From the NCBI GenBank assembly GCA_965603825.1, contig CBFDEM010000033.1, positions 496,001 to 560,000 on the forward strand: a DNA stretch of 64,000 nucleotides. Reading direction: 5' to 3'. Positions 47,737-62,009 of the stretch are shown here, in pieces. Origin of the DNA: Blepharisma stoltei ATCC 30299. Lineage: Eukaryota > Protista > Ciliophora. A program made the translations under genes and the position numbers. A model generated the notes under the pieces. That model was not told where the DNA came from. It made no database searches and saw only the letters and a program-made list of their open reading frames with translations. Every line of letters starts with the position of its first letter. Position 1 is the first letter of the stretch.

Positions 47737-47909
47737 TTGGTATTTTTTAAGCTCTATCTCTTAAATGTAACTTTTTGGGAGAATAGCATCTTAAATTTTT
47801 GGAATAAACAAAGTAGTATTTCAATCTATAGCGAAATGGAAATAAAATCCCATAATTTTTAATGCAAAAATTTTATTAACACCCTAAGCCAATTCATATT
47901 TTAAAATTA

Positions 47910-50150
47910 ATGTCACATCTCATGCAGGACCCTAGTAGAAATCAAAATCATCCTTCAAGTCCATCTCCAACAGTATCTCCAATCGACTCAAATCAGCCAT
48001 CTCAGCATGTAAGCTTTTCAAACCAACCCACTCCTCACATATCTATGGTTCAATCATCCCAAGACAAATTTTTTCGTTCCTCAAAAAATCAATCCCCTTT
48101 ACCAGGCAAAAGTCCTCAGCTTTTAAAAACAGCCAAAACCCAATTGAAAACCAGAAATTTTTCGTCATTAAATGATAAACAAAAAACAGAGGCCTACTAT
48201 GATTTATATGATAGGAATCTTGAATTAAAGCAAATGGAAAATGAATTAAAAGAAAGAATTAAGCAGCTTGTTACACAACTGACAAAATTGACAGCTGATA
48301 TTAAATATGAACGAACTCTGCTAGAAGGAGGGGAAAATAGTGAAGTGAAGCTAATTATTGATGATTTAAATAGCAAAAATCAAAAATTAATGCAAGAAAA
48401 TAACAACTTAAAATCAAAAATTAAAGAATTATCAAGCAAATCTTTGAGAGGGGCAAAGCAGCCAAGTGGAAAAAGTGTAAAGCTTTCATCAGAGAAAACA
48501 ATGACCCTTCAGCCTGCAGTTATTGAAAAACAAAAGAGACTTGAAGAAATTATTGTAGAAAGAGATTCCTTAATTCTCAAGCTAAAAGAGCAGCTTCAAA
48601 GCTCAGAAGAAGTAATTTCACAGCTGAGAAATGAAAAATTAGCTGTATTAGGAAAGATTCCAACAGAAAAAATGTATAAGCTCTCTGATTTCGAAGAAAA
48701 GGTTGAGACATTGACTGAAAGCTACGAAGCCCAGTCAACTTATCTAGAAGTAGTAAAGCAGATGCTTGAAGAATCTGAAGAGCTTTTAAGAAAAGAAAAA
48801 CTCACCTCTTTTGATCTAAGTCTAAAAGTCAAAGAGCTTGAAGCAAACTCAGTTAAAGAACCTTATGAGCTAAAAATCCAAGAGCTGACACAAGAAAAAA
48901 TTCAGCTCGAACTAAAAATAAAAGAACTCTGCGACACCCCAATCATCAGAGACGCAAAAGGATTATCAGATACCACTTATAATATTTTGGAAAACGAAAT
49001 CGTAGAAAGGCATAAATTAATAATCCAGTACAAAACCAGAATATCAGAATTGGAAAATGAGCACATAAAGCTTAATGAAATGCTAAGACTTGTACAAGCA
49101 GAAAGGAATAAGCTAAAAGAAGAAAACCTTATATTGGCTTACAATTTGGAAAAAAGAGCGAAATATGTAGAAGAGTTTGAGTCCAAGCTTGTTTGGCTTG
49201 CAAGGGACAACGATACTGATGCTTTTATGAGAGCTCTTGGGATGCTAAAGCTAGGACTTAATGGAAAAGAATGGCCAGTCGTAGAACCTTTTGAAGAAAA
49301 CTCCAAGCTGAAGCAAGAAAATGAAAAGTTGACTGTCGAAAAAGGAGAAATTGCAGCTGAACTCAAAAAATGCCAAAATTTGTTAGAATTGAGGGATCAG
49401 ATTGAAAATGAAAAAGTTTCATTAATTCAGTCAGAAAATGAGAAGCTTAACTGCTTGCTGAGGTCTGCTCAAAAAAGAATAGATGAGCTTAGCAGGCTTG
49501 CTGAGTACAGAGGAAGTTTAGCTTCTCGTGGCAGCCAAGAAATTCAAAGGAATTTTGCTATGGAATCTTATGGGTTTGGAGCTGGGTTTAAAGAGGATGG
49601 CAGCGAAGTAGGAGTTGGACAGAATATTTTTGATTTGCTCATTGTCGATGCTGAATTTTATAATAAAGCATTAGAAACAGATGGTATTTCATTTTGAAAT
49701 AAACTAGTCACATGTCTATCAGTAGATTTCTACGATCATGAAACACAAATAACATCTCTATGTGAAGGGCTTCAGCCAAAATACGATATCCACATGAGTT
49801 TTCTGATAAGTATGGACCAATTGTTCTTAAGGTATTTACATGAAGGATATGTTGTAATAGACGTCAACATTGTTAACAGAGACAAATTTATCCCTATTGC
49901 GAAGGCTCAAATACCTCTATTGAATTTATTAGGTTTTTCAAAACCTGAAAGTAACAGAAGAGTAATTGAATCCGCTTGCATTTTAACTAGCTGACAGGAT
50001 GATAAGAAAACATTAGGAGGACTGAGATATAAAATCAAAATGAGGCACCCTCTTAACGATTTATATGCATTAGAGCAAACCGGAGTTATAGAAAACCCAA
50101 TAACTATCAACGCAACCAAAGCCATGACAAATCAGCAATCTTTGTACTAA
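47910..50150 (+). CDS. RPGRIP1L/fantom-like transition-zone protein (coiled coil + single C2 domain), 746 aa
   Basis: Long coiled coil, then 'GQNIFDLLI..SVDFYDHETQITSLCEGLQPKYD..MDQLFLRYL', matching the first C2 domain of RPGRIP1/1L. TGA at 49695 and 49992; TAA 50148-50150. Confidence 0.78.
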
Positions 50151-50221
50151 ATTTAAAACTAAGTCTAAATTTAAAAATGATTATCTATTCACGTTAATTA
50201 ATTATGTATTTACATCACTTA

Positions 50222-50599
50222 TTAAGCAGAAAAACTGCTGCTATCAGAACTTGCTGACGTGCTCAATACTGACTCGATTCTTTGAAATTCTTCGTCAGAA
50301 ACCATTGGATTTGTTTTGAGACGTTTAGGACATTTCTCGGTGATTTTTTGAAAAGGATCAGAAGATCCTGATTTCTTTGTGATAGGAGGCAAAGAAATAA
50401 TTGGTTTGTTTAGTATTGAGTTGATCTCTTTTAATAGAAAATCTTCTTCTTTGTGTTCATGATAATTTAGCTTTAATTTCGGGAGTCTATTTTCGTTAAA
50501 TGGGTTAACTTTCCGATTCGGGTCTATACAACTTGACTGTTTTAAAGGGTTTGGGCTGAGGAGACAAAGGCTAATTTTTCTTTTACGTGTATCTCCCAT
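50222..50599 (-). CDS. Hypothetical protein, 125 aa
   Basis: ATG 50599 to TAA; basic/Ser-rich; no recognised domain. Confidence 0.5.
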   Translation of the reverse strand: MGDTRKRKISLCLLSPNPLKQSSCIDPNRKVNPFNENRLPKLKLNYHEHKEEDFLLKEINSILNKPIISLPPITKKSGSSDPFQKITEKCPKRLKTNPMVSDEEFQRIESVLSTSASSDSSSFSA

Positions 50600-50669
50600 T
50601 AAAAAATACCAGTTATGTTTCAAAAATGAGTTCCATTGTTAATGATATCTAATTAGTTTTGCATAAAAA

Positions 50670-51269
50670 TTAACTGATGTTTGGATACCTAAGATTCCTG
50701 CTTCTCTTCTTTGATTTCAGTTCTGGGCTGAGTCGGCATGTAACGCCACTTTCGTTACTTTTGTCTCTAATTAGTGAGCTGTTAATCGCCTTAAGCTGAA
50801 GCCCTTTTTTATTGTGCACAAACATCACAGAAGGCTCGGCCTTGTAGTCGTCTTCAATGTCGTCGATAGCCGGCTCTTGCATGCTGCTATTGAACTTTTG
50901 TCTGAATTTTTTTAAATAAGGCAGCGGCTCTACCTTTGGGCCTTCTGGCTTTTCATTTTTTAACAGTTTTGCGTCCTGTTTTTTGATTTCTTTGCGCAGT
51001 TTTAGGTGCAGCAAGTAGTTATCCATCGCTTTTTCGACTTCTTTTCTTTTTGACTTTTTAAGAGAACGGTTTTCCCTTTGTCTTCAGGCTTCAAGAACCT
51101 GATGTTCAAGATCATTAAGTCTGTGAGAGTTTGCAATAAGCTTGACTTTCGGCTCAACCTTATTTTTATTACATAAATCTTGTATAGCTTTTTTCTCAAG
51201 TCGAATATCTTCTGCTAATATATATTTCTCTAACACGAGGCGTTCTCGGTTCGCCAGTACTGAATTCAT
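50670..51269 (-). CDS. Hypothetical basic coiled-coil protein, 199 aa
   Basis: Track ORFs 51084-51272 and 50670-51026 are one frame joined by TGA 51084-51086. Confidence 0.6.
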
Positions 51270-51316
51270 CAATTATTTATTTATAAAATCAGTCCAATTA
51301 TCAAGCTAATTTTTAC

Positions 51317-51973
51317 TTAATCTCTTCTGAGTGGTATTGATGTCTGCTGAATCCCCTCAGCTGTAATGTCCCAAACGGTGACTGCGTCTCCTGTATAAAT
51401 ATCGCGCTCTGCACAAGAAGTAAAGACATCTCTTATAAGCTCCACAGGGTCTTGGGTAAAAGTATAGTCATCTGTTCTATTAGCACCCTTACATTGGTTG
51501 TCGAGAACAGACATACAGAGCTCCTGACCAGTTCCTTGGACACCGTACTTCAGCTCGTCAAAGCTTCCAATTGCATCGTACCCGTAGACTGCTCCTTGAC
51601 CTTCTTCGTTAAGTCCTGCAAGCAAATTGAAAGTGTAAAAAGGAAAGAATCGGCGCGAGTAAAGAGTTATGGAGAGAAGTTTGGATAAGGCCTTGAGGGA
51701 CGGTTCTGTTCCGTGCTGATGCTTATAGAGAGTTATTCTTGCTAAAAGCAATTTATGGAGGTTTTGGGCATCGGTGACCATTCCTGATGATGCTATCACG
51801 GCTTTTGATGTCAGCTGTGTGATTTTGCAGTAATTTCGGCTTATGATGTTGTATCCTACTGAAATCCTCGTGTCACCACCAACTGCGACGCGACCTCCAA
51901 GGGCTACTGCTGCAACTGTGCCGCCATTGTTTTGATAGGGGTTGAATTGGCTTTGCTTGCTCTCCTTGACCAT
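51317..51973 (-). CDS. PSMB1: 20S proteasome subunit beta-6 (beta type 1), 218 aa
   Basis: FNPYQNNGGT, GDTRIS, LYSRRFFPFY, YDAIGS, ERDIYTGD, C-terminal LRRD. Confidence 0.95.
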   Translation of the reverse strand: MVKESKQSQFNPYQNNGGTVAAVALGGRVAVGGDTRISVGYNIISRNYCKITQLTSKAVIASSGMVTDAQNLHKLLLARITLYKHQHGTEPSLKALSKLLSITLYSRRFFPFYTFNLLAGLNEEGQGAVYGYDAIGSFDELKYGVQGTGQELCMSVLDNQCKGANRTDDYTFTQDPVELIRDVFTSCAERDIYTGDAVTVWDITAEGIQQTSIPLRRD

Positions 51974-52188
51974 TTTTATGTAAGAATTATTAGTATACTT
52001 AGGCGACTTATTAAAATACTTATTCTGAACAAGCCTTATATTTAAATTAAATTATAGCAGCTTTATTAGCTTAGAGTTATCTTAACTTTTTAATCTCTCC
52101 TTTTTGTCTAAAACATCTAAAAAGGTTTATTGTCTATATATTAGTATTTGCAAAAAAAGTGTGATTAAATATTAAACATAATTGCTGC

Positions 52189-53202
52189 CTACTTATGAGC
52201 TTTAGGCAGACAAAATTGTCCAGTTTCCAAATTAAAATTCATTTGCAAATACCTGATGTACTTCTCATTGACTTTTAAATTCTTAGCTTTCCTTATCAAG
52301 CTCCTTCAACAGATTTTCCCCCTTCCACCATCAAGCAGCTCTAAAAACTTTTTCCATTCCTTTTGAGATTTATGACAGATTTTCAGCGGAGTCAGCACTT
52401 CAATAGGGTCTCTTGCATCAAGCAGTTTCTTTTCAAGACACTGTAAAATTGCTAACACAAATTTATAGAAAAATACTCAGCCTTTTTCGAAAAATGCATC
52501 AAGCATATTCAGCATTTCATCAACTGGGACTGCACTGCCAAACAAAGTAAAGCACCACTCTGCTAAAAACATTTCATTCCCTATTCTGTGCTCAGCAAAT
52601 TGTCGGTGCAAATTCGGGAGATTTTCAACGATCAGGATTTGTATTATTTGGCAATGCTTAGAAAGCCCAGGCAGACTTGGAAGGTAGGTATCTCTGATTT
52701 CGTAGTTTTCCATTAGGCCTACAAAAAGCCAAAAAGCGTCAACTTCAGATGCATGCCACAGCAGTGCTCCTGCAATAAAATTCATTCCCTGGACATAGCC
52801 CATTTGTATGTCATATTTACTGAATGCTTGTAAAACCCTCCTCAAAGCAGACTGGCCTTCTCCATTTATGAAATAAGGCTCATCTGGGAAAGTTCTGTTT
52901 AGGTCTAGTTCAATTTGTTTTGCGCTTTCTAAATACTCTGTGACATCTAACGGAATTTCTAAAAGATTGTAATAAACTTCTTCAGCATTTCGAGGGGGGT
53001 TGCAATGCTTCAGTCATGACTGGGCTTTGCAGCATGAACTGACAGTAATTTGTTTTATCAATTTGAAATAGCTTCGAGAAAGGAGACTCATATCTTCTGC
53101 ATCACACATACATTGAGGTCGGTGAACGCGCTGGACTTGGTTTTCAATCAGAGGCGGCGTTAGGGTCATCGGGGAGTTGTCCTGTGTTGACATGCCTTCC
53201 AT
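52189..53202 (-). CDS. TBC-domain Rab GTPase-activating protein, ~337 aa
   Basis: QIELDLNRTFP (arginine finger), GYVQGMNF (glutamine finger), 'FFEKG-W(TGA)-VFFYKFVLAIL'; TAG 52189-52191; start inferred. Confidence 0.88.
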
Positions 53203-53525
53203 TCTGCTTTGTGTATTATTTGAAAATTTATAAATGTCAAAATTTTCGGTTTCTGGCAAATTTTATTATAAATTGTCAATTCAGGAATATTCATAAACTC
53301 AAAGAGACTGCTTGGTGAAATTAAAATATTTATTGGAGCGAATTAATTATGAAAGATAGATTAAGTTATATAAATAATATGAATTTTAACTTAATATTAT
53401 ATTAATGCAGATTATATTGATGAGACTTATGTAAGCTAAACGGAAATATATAGTCATTTTTTATTTAATATGGCTATATATATGATTACACATTTTTTAA
53501 CACATCGTTAATAATATTTTTATAA

Positions 53526-56387
<2,862 letters not shown>

Positions 56388-56563
56388 CTAATAGCCAAAT
56401 TAAAAATTTACATAATAGCTATTAATTAATTTCTTAGATATTGATTTAATCATTAATGATTGCAAATTTGAAAATTTTTATTATAAAGGTTTTAAGTTTC
56501 TAGAAATTAAATTTTCTGGAACGATAAGGGCGCTAGGCAAATCTGAATTGTGAGTTTAACATA

Positions 56564-56860
56564 TTAATAATTAGAAGTGCTTGTTCTAGGGAAAACATAC
56601 GTAGATAAAGGGTGATCGGTAGGTGATAAGCCTTGAGTATGGCTTCGTTTGTCTTTTCTAGGCGACTTAGTATGAATTTTGGACTCTGAGTTTTCTATAA
56701 GAATCGGAGTTTCTGAAATTGCATGGGCTTTGTCTTCTTTGTTTTTAGTATGATTGATATCATGGGGTCCATTAGTTGAGCCAGAAGTTCTTGAAGTCCC
56801 ACTGTCAGTTGATTTTTTGGAAGCTTGCTTTTTCCAACAGCAGCAAAAAACTTTTTTCAT
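56564..56860 (-). CDS. Hypothetical 98-aa protein with N-terminal Cys cluster (possible palmitoylation)
   Basis: MKKVFCCCWKK followed by a disordered Ser/Thr-rich tail. Confidence 0.6.
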   Translation of the reverse strand: MKKVFCCCWKKQASKKSTDSGTSRTSGSTNGPHDINHTKNKEDKAHAISETPILIENSESKIHTKSPRKDKRSHTQGLSPTDHPLSTYVFPRTSTSNY

Positions 56861-56935
56861 GATATAAAATTATTACCTTATTCCAATTCTATTTTAATAG
56901 AACAGTTATTCAAATTGAAAAGAAATTTCAAAGAA

Positions 56936-57583
56936 TTAAATTATTTCTTGAACAAACTCAAAATTTGATATTGGCTTCACTACAAATTCTTTTTTAAATG
57001 GCTTAGGAGGCAGAACTGGTGGAGGGATTGGAGAAGGAGTTGAGCAATGAGATGTTGGGTTCTGCTCTGTCAGATGAGGGAGCGTAATAGGAGGCTCTTG
57101 ATGATATAGGATTGGCTCAGGCAGAATGCTTGGAGTTTCAAGCGTAAATTGAATCACGTGTAGGCTTGAGTTTCCGACTTCTTTTGTTTTTTCTGGCAAT
57201 ACTAATTTTTCTTTTTTTGGCTTATTTGCATACCTTATAATATTGTGAGTCTTTTTGGAAATTTTTTGAATAATCTCAACTCTGGGAGTGCTTAAAGTCT
57301 TTTTAGGCTTATATTGAGGCTTGAAAGAGGAGGTTCGAGTAGTTAAAGGAATCTTTATTTGGCTTGATGTGAGATTTCTGGACATCTTAAGCACAGGTAA
57401 TGATTTAGCTCACATGAGCTTATTATAATCGCCTATTTGATGGCGCTTTAGGTATCTAGCTTGATCAGCCAAAGGAGTCTTTTGGACAAATTGACGAACA
57501 GTCACTGTTGTAGGGCTCAGAACATTGTCCCCACCTAAATTGACTTCGGTGTTTATATATTTGCTTTTAAGAACACTTTTCAT
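56936..57583 (-). CDS. Hypothetical Pro/Lys-rich protein, 215 aa
   Basis: Track ORF extended upstream through one TGA to ATG 57583 with no TAA/TAG. Confidence 0.6.
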
Positions 57584-58030
57584 TTTTAGAAATGAAGCAG
57601 AATTTACTCTATTGTTAAGGAGCTTATTTTTAAGATTTTAAAAGCAATAAATAAATTATTTTACTAATAGCAGGTCTTATATTATAAAGTATTTTAGAAT
57701 TTGTGCATTTCAAAGTATAAATAAGAAATTGAGCGAAGCACAATTTAGAAAATCATTTTTATATCATTTCACAACTCAACTGATTTAAATATATAAAATT
57801 AGTTAGCCAAAGCATATAAAAGTTTGTATAAATAGCTAATATTAAGCAATTCAAAGTATTCAAAGTACTTTATGCGATTCTCCATTACATAGGTAATTAT
57901 CTTATTATTTAATGATCTTATACGTTTCATTCTCTAGCATTGTCTTATAATTAAAATCTATGCTTGATTTTATTTTCTCTACATCACATTGATGCAATCT
58001 GACACTACATTTAAAAGTTCGCCTTAATAA

Positions 58031-60004
58031 ATGGCTATTTGAAATGATGAGGAAAAAACTATAGTGATTTTAATGAGTTTTTTATCTTTAGTGATGAGCG
58101 TCTGAATTACTTTTATTTATCTCAAATTTAAAGAACTCCAAAGACACCCTTCCGGACTCTTCTTTTGGATCTCAGTTTTTGACATAGGGATCTCGCAGCA
58201 CACGATATCTCTTTTCCTTAGTCCCCGAATTGCGTCTGCTGGGAATTATCTAAAAGAATTATTTTACGTTTTAAGCTTCCACCAAATGACATCAAAAGAA
58301 TCTGATGATATATCATGTGCTATAAATCAGATGATGCTTTGTGGATTCTTATCTGGAATGATGTGCTATAATATCTGTGTATGCGTAGACTTGATTATAA
58401 CTATCAGAAATCCACTTATAGAAGGGAGATCTAGGATGAAATATTATCATCTCTGCTCTATAATTGTGACCAGTGGAGAAGTTATTTACAATATCGCAAA
58501 AAACTTGTCGTCAAGGGAGTGTCAAAGTTCCAATGACAGCTTTATTGATGAATTAATGAACTTTGGTGTCCTTACAGTGCTCTTTTTTATATATTTGGTC
58601 GTTGGAATCGTCTCATTCTTTTACGCGCTTATCAAGCTTTCGAATGAAATGATTCCTCAGCACAATGCAGCGAAAATTTACTTCAGAAGGCATATCTTGT
58701 ATATTACAATTTTCTGGCTGTTATGAGGGGTCGCTGCAATCGCGTACTGGTCCAATGATATGCTGAATTCCTATGGGAGCTATCTGTGCATTTTTCTTAT
58801 TGTATCTGCAGGATTTATTCTTGCAGTAATAAGGAACTCAGAATCAGCATTTTTGAAAAAGTCAATCTATTTTTTAAGGAGAAGAAAGGTAAAAGACACC
58901 ATGAAAGAGCCTCCTGATATGTGGAACACCCCAATTTCTAATATAATTTACAGCGATTTAAAAGCCCAAACGACTTTTTGCATTCTCTCAGGTCTATACG
59001 AAGCGATGAAAAACTCGCGAAGTTCTTCTTTTATTGCATCACAAGCCACTTTTACTGAGCGTGATTATGCTGCTAGAATTAACCACGAAGTGAAATTAAA
59101 CCCTTACAACAGCCAAGGCTTAAACATTTTCAAGCTTCAGGCTCCTTATTTTGTCGTCACTGAGTACGCTCCGTCTGTTTTTGCTCATCTGAGATCATTT
59201 GATAAAATTGAAAAATATTTAATTCTTGAGTCTTTGAACCCTGACAATAATTTATCAGCGCTCATTAAGATCCATGAGAAAAAAGGAGGGTCAGGCAGTC
59301 TTTTTATGTTTACAGACGATCAAAAATTCTTCATGAAAACTATTGCGAAAAAAGAGAGACAGTTTTTTATAAGAGATTTGCTTAAAGGATATCACCATCA
59401 TATTAAGAAAGAAGAGAAATCTATATTGTGTAGGACTTATGGACTGTTTACTATAAGAGTACCTGGGCTAAGCCCAATAGAGCTGATGCTTGGACAGAAT
59501 TTGATGGTCCCTGGTATCCTTAAGTATTATGATTTGAAGGGTTCCTCAATTAATCGGCAGACTAATTCTCCAGAAGAAAATTTTATAGGACCCTTTAAAG
59601 ATGGGGACTTTATTGCGGACCAAAATGAGCTCGTTCTCCACCCAATGGTAAGAGACAGCTTGATGGAAGGAATACATGCAGATGTCCAATTTCTGCTTAG
59701 ACATGGCATCATGGACTATTCATTATTAGTTTTTATCATAGATAAACCGAGAAATTTTACTGATCTCATTCCTGATGCTTATAACCAAGAATGGTATAAA
59801 CTTTCAATCATTGATTATCTTGGGAAATATGATTATGCAAGGAAGATGGAGCATTACTATAAGGCTGTCAAGATCGGACAAAACGTATATCTGTGCTCTG
59901 TAGTCGACCCTAAGCGCTATGCTAACCGTTTCTTGAATTTTTTACATACAAGAGTGCTAAGAACTTTTGCATCAATCATAGGATCCTGCGATGAGCGATT
60001 TTAG
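58031..60004 (+). CDS. GPCR-PIP kinase fusion (7TM cAMP-receptor-like domain + PIP5K domain), 657 aa
   Basis: ATG 58031; reads through TGA at 58040, ~58103 and 58724; seven hydrophobic helices; EYAPSVFAHLR, GGSGSLFMFTDD, KYYDLKGS, IMDYSLL, IIDYL, SVVDPKRYANRF. Confidence 0.88.
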
Positions 60005-60084
60005 CATAAAAATAGCTGAACCCTGCTAGCATATATTAAATTAATAAGACATATTGCAACTTCATAATTCTCAATTAAATTCAA

Positions 60085-61500
60085 ATGCAAGCTACCTCTA
60101 GCATCCCTAGACCGCCACGCCCGAGACGCTCACGAATAAAAATTCCTCCAAACCTTGCAAACCGAGAAAGAACTTTATCAGACAACACAGAAAGAACGAA
60201 CCCAGAGCAGCCAAGAACCAAAAATCCAAGCCTGCCTCCTACTTCCAATAATCTTTCACTTAATAACTCACAATATCCAGACGAAAGAACAATGGTCAAT
60301 CTCCAGCACGCTTTACTTATTGAAGAAAAGCTATGAGGACTCCTAGAAAAGCTCAGACATGGAATTGCTGAAAAATCCTTATGTGAAGATTACTGGGCAT
60401 TTAGTGAAGAAAGTCCTTTGCCGATCCTCGAAAGACTCTTTAGTGAAGAAAGGACACGAAAAGTAATCAGACAAGCCTGTATCATTGAGCTCTCAGTAGT
60501 CTGCTTTGCAGGATTCTGCTTCGGAGGTGATATGCCTCCAGACTTAATCCAGCAGTTTCGGAATTTATTCTTCTATGTCCATCAGAACTATCTCAGTTGC
60601 ATGAAACTTATGCTATTTCGATGCAATGGAGATTCTCTGAACAATACTTGGGTTCAGTCTGTAAATAGAGTCATAAAAGAGAAGCAGGTCGAAATCGCCA
60701 GCAAAGGTGGCCAGAGTGGGTTCATGAAGCAGCACAACAGCATCATGTGCAAAATTTTGGAAGCAATAGGCTCCGTGGTAAGAGGGCCAATACAGAGCAC
60801 CTTGTTTTCAATCATGTATAACTTGGATAGCATCACATATGTAAGGGCAAGGTGACTGCTAGAAAACGCGATGGCAAGTATGCCAATCATTATGCCGATC
60901 TCTGACCTTGCCCCACCTATGCTGCCTCCAGCACCTTATCTTCCAGCGATCCAAAACAGATCTTACTCTTTAGTGGTTGATTTAGACGAAACTTTGGTGC
61001 ATTATTTTGAAGCTGGGGCTGACAGCAAGTTGCTTGTGAGGCCAGGATGTGCCACATTTTTGAATGAGCTGAAGAAATACTATGAAATCACTATTTTTAC
61101 AGCTGCTTTGCAAGACTACGCAGACTGAGCAATAGATAGTATTGATACAGAGAACGCTATATCATACAGACTTTATAGACATCACACAATATCTCTTGGG
61201 CCGATCTTTATGAAAGATTTATCCAGACTGGGAAGAGACCTGAGCAAAGCTATCATAATTGATAACGTTACAGACAATTTTAGGCTGCAGCCTGAAAACG
61301 GGCTAACTATGAAAAGCTGATTTGAAGATATCAATGATACTTGCCTTCTAGAAATTATACCCCTTTTGAAAGAAATTGTAATAAAAGAAGTCCCCGATGT
61401 AAGAATAGCTTTGAGGAACTATCGGGACCAGGTGCTTCGACAAATAATCAAAGGAATCCCAAATCCTCATTTAAATTTAATCACGTCAGTTAAATCTTAA
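60085..61500 (+). CDS. FCP1/SCP-family (NIF domain) CTD-like phosphatase, 471 aa
   Basis: LVVDLDETLVH, RPG, IFTAALQDYAD-W, KDLSRLGRDL, IIIDN, QPENG, KS-W-FED; TAA 61498-61500. Confidence 0.9.
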
Positions 61501-61599
61501 AAATTTTTTGGCTTTGCCATTCATAAATTCATATTAATATTGCTATATAAGTTGAATAAAAAAATCTGAGAAGAAAAAGCAATCAATAGTTAAGGGAAA

Positions 61600-61959
61600 T
61601 TATAAAAACCTTGATGCAACGATTGCAAGTATGATGATAATAATTGGGATCAACATGACCACGTTAAAGCCTCCTTCTTTTTTCTTCAAATCTACGTTGT
61701 CTCCTTTAGAGAACTCGCCAATATAATAATCTTTCATCATTTCTGCTGCTGTTGAACTGTGGGAAATGTCATTGAAATCCTTTGTTGCATCCCTTCCAGA
61801 AGAGTCAACCAAAATGTCTTTACCTCCAGGATGGTCTGAAAACTTCGACACATCGTAAACTTTGCCATTAATAGCCATCCAACAGTCATCTTCATCTGTG
61901 TGTTTTGACAACTCTTTGGCGTCTATCAATCTTGGCTGATCCTTTGATGCTTCTCCCAT
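61600..61959 (-). CDS. CYB5: Cytochrome b5, tail-anchored, 119 aa
   Basis: DCWMAINGKVYDV, HPGG, DATKDFNDISHS, C-terminal TM. Confidence 0.95.
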   Translation of the reverse strand: MGEASKDQPRLIDAKELSKHTDEDDCWMAINGKVYDVSKFSDHPGGKDILVDSSGRDATKDFNDISHSSTAAEMMKDYYIGEFSKGDNVDLKKKEGGFNVVMLIPIIIIILAIVASRFL

Positions 61960-62009
61960 TTATGTATGATTGCAATAATAAAACAGAGCCTTTGATAATT
62001 TTAGATTAA

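Noticed and set aside
50222-51269. Joining the two hypothetical ORFs into one spliced gene
   Set aside because: They are in different frames with an in-frame TAA upstream of the second, and no 15-16-nt GT..AG intron bridges them.
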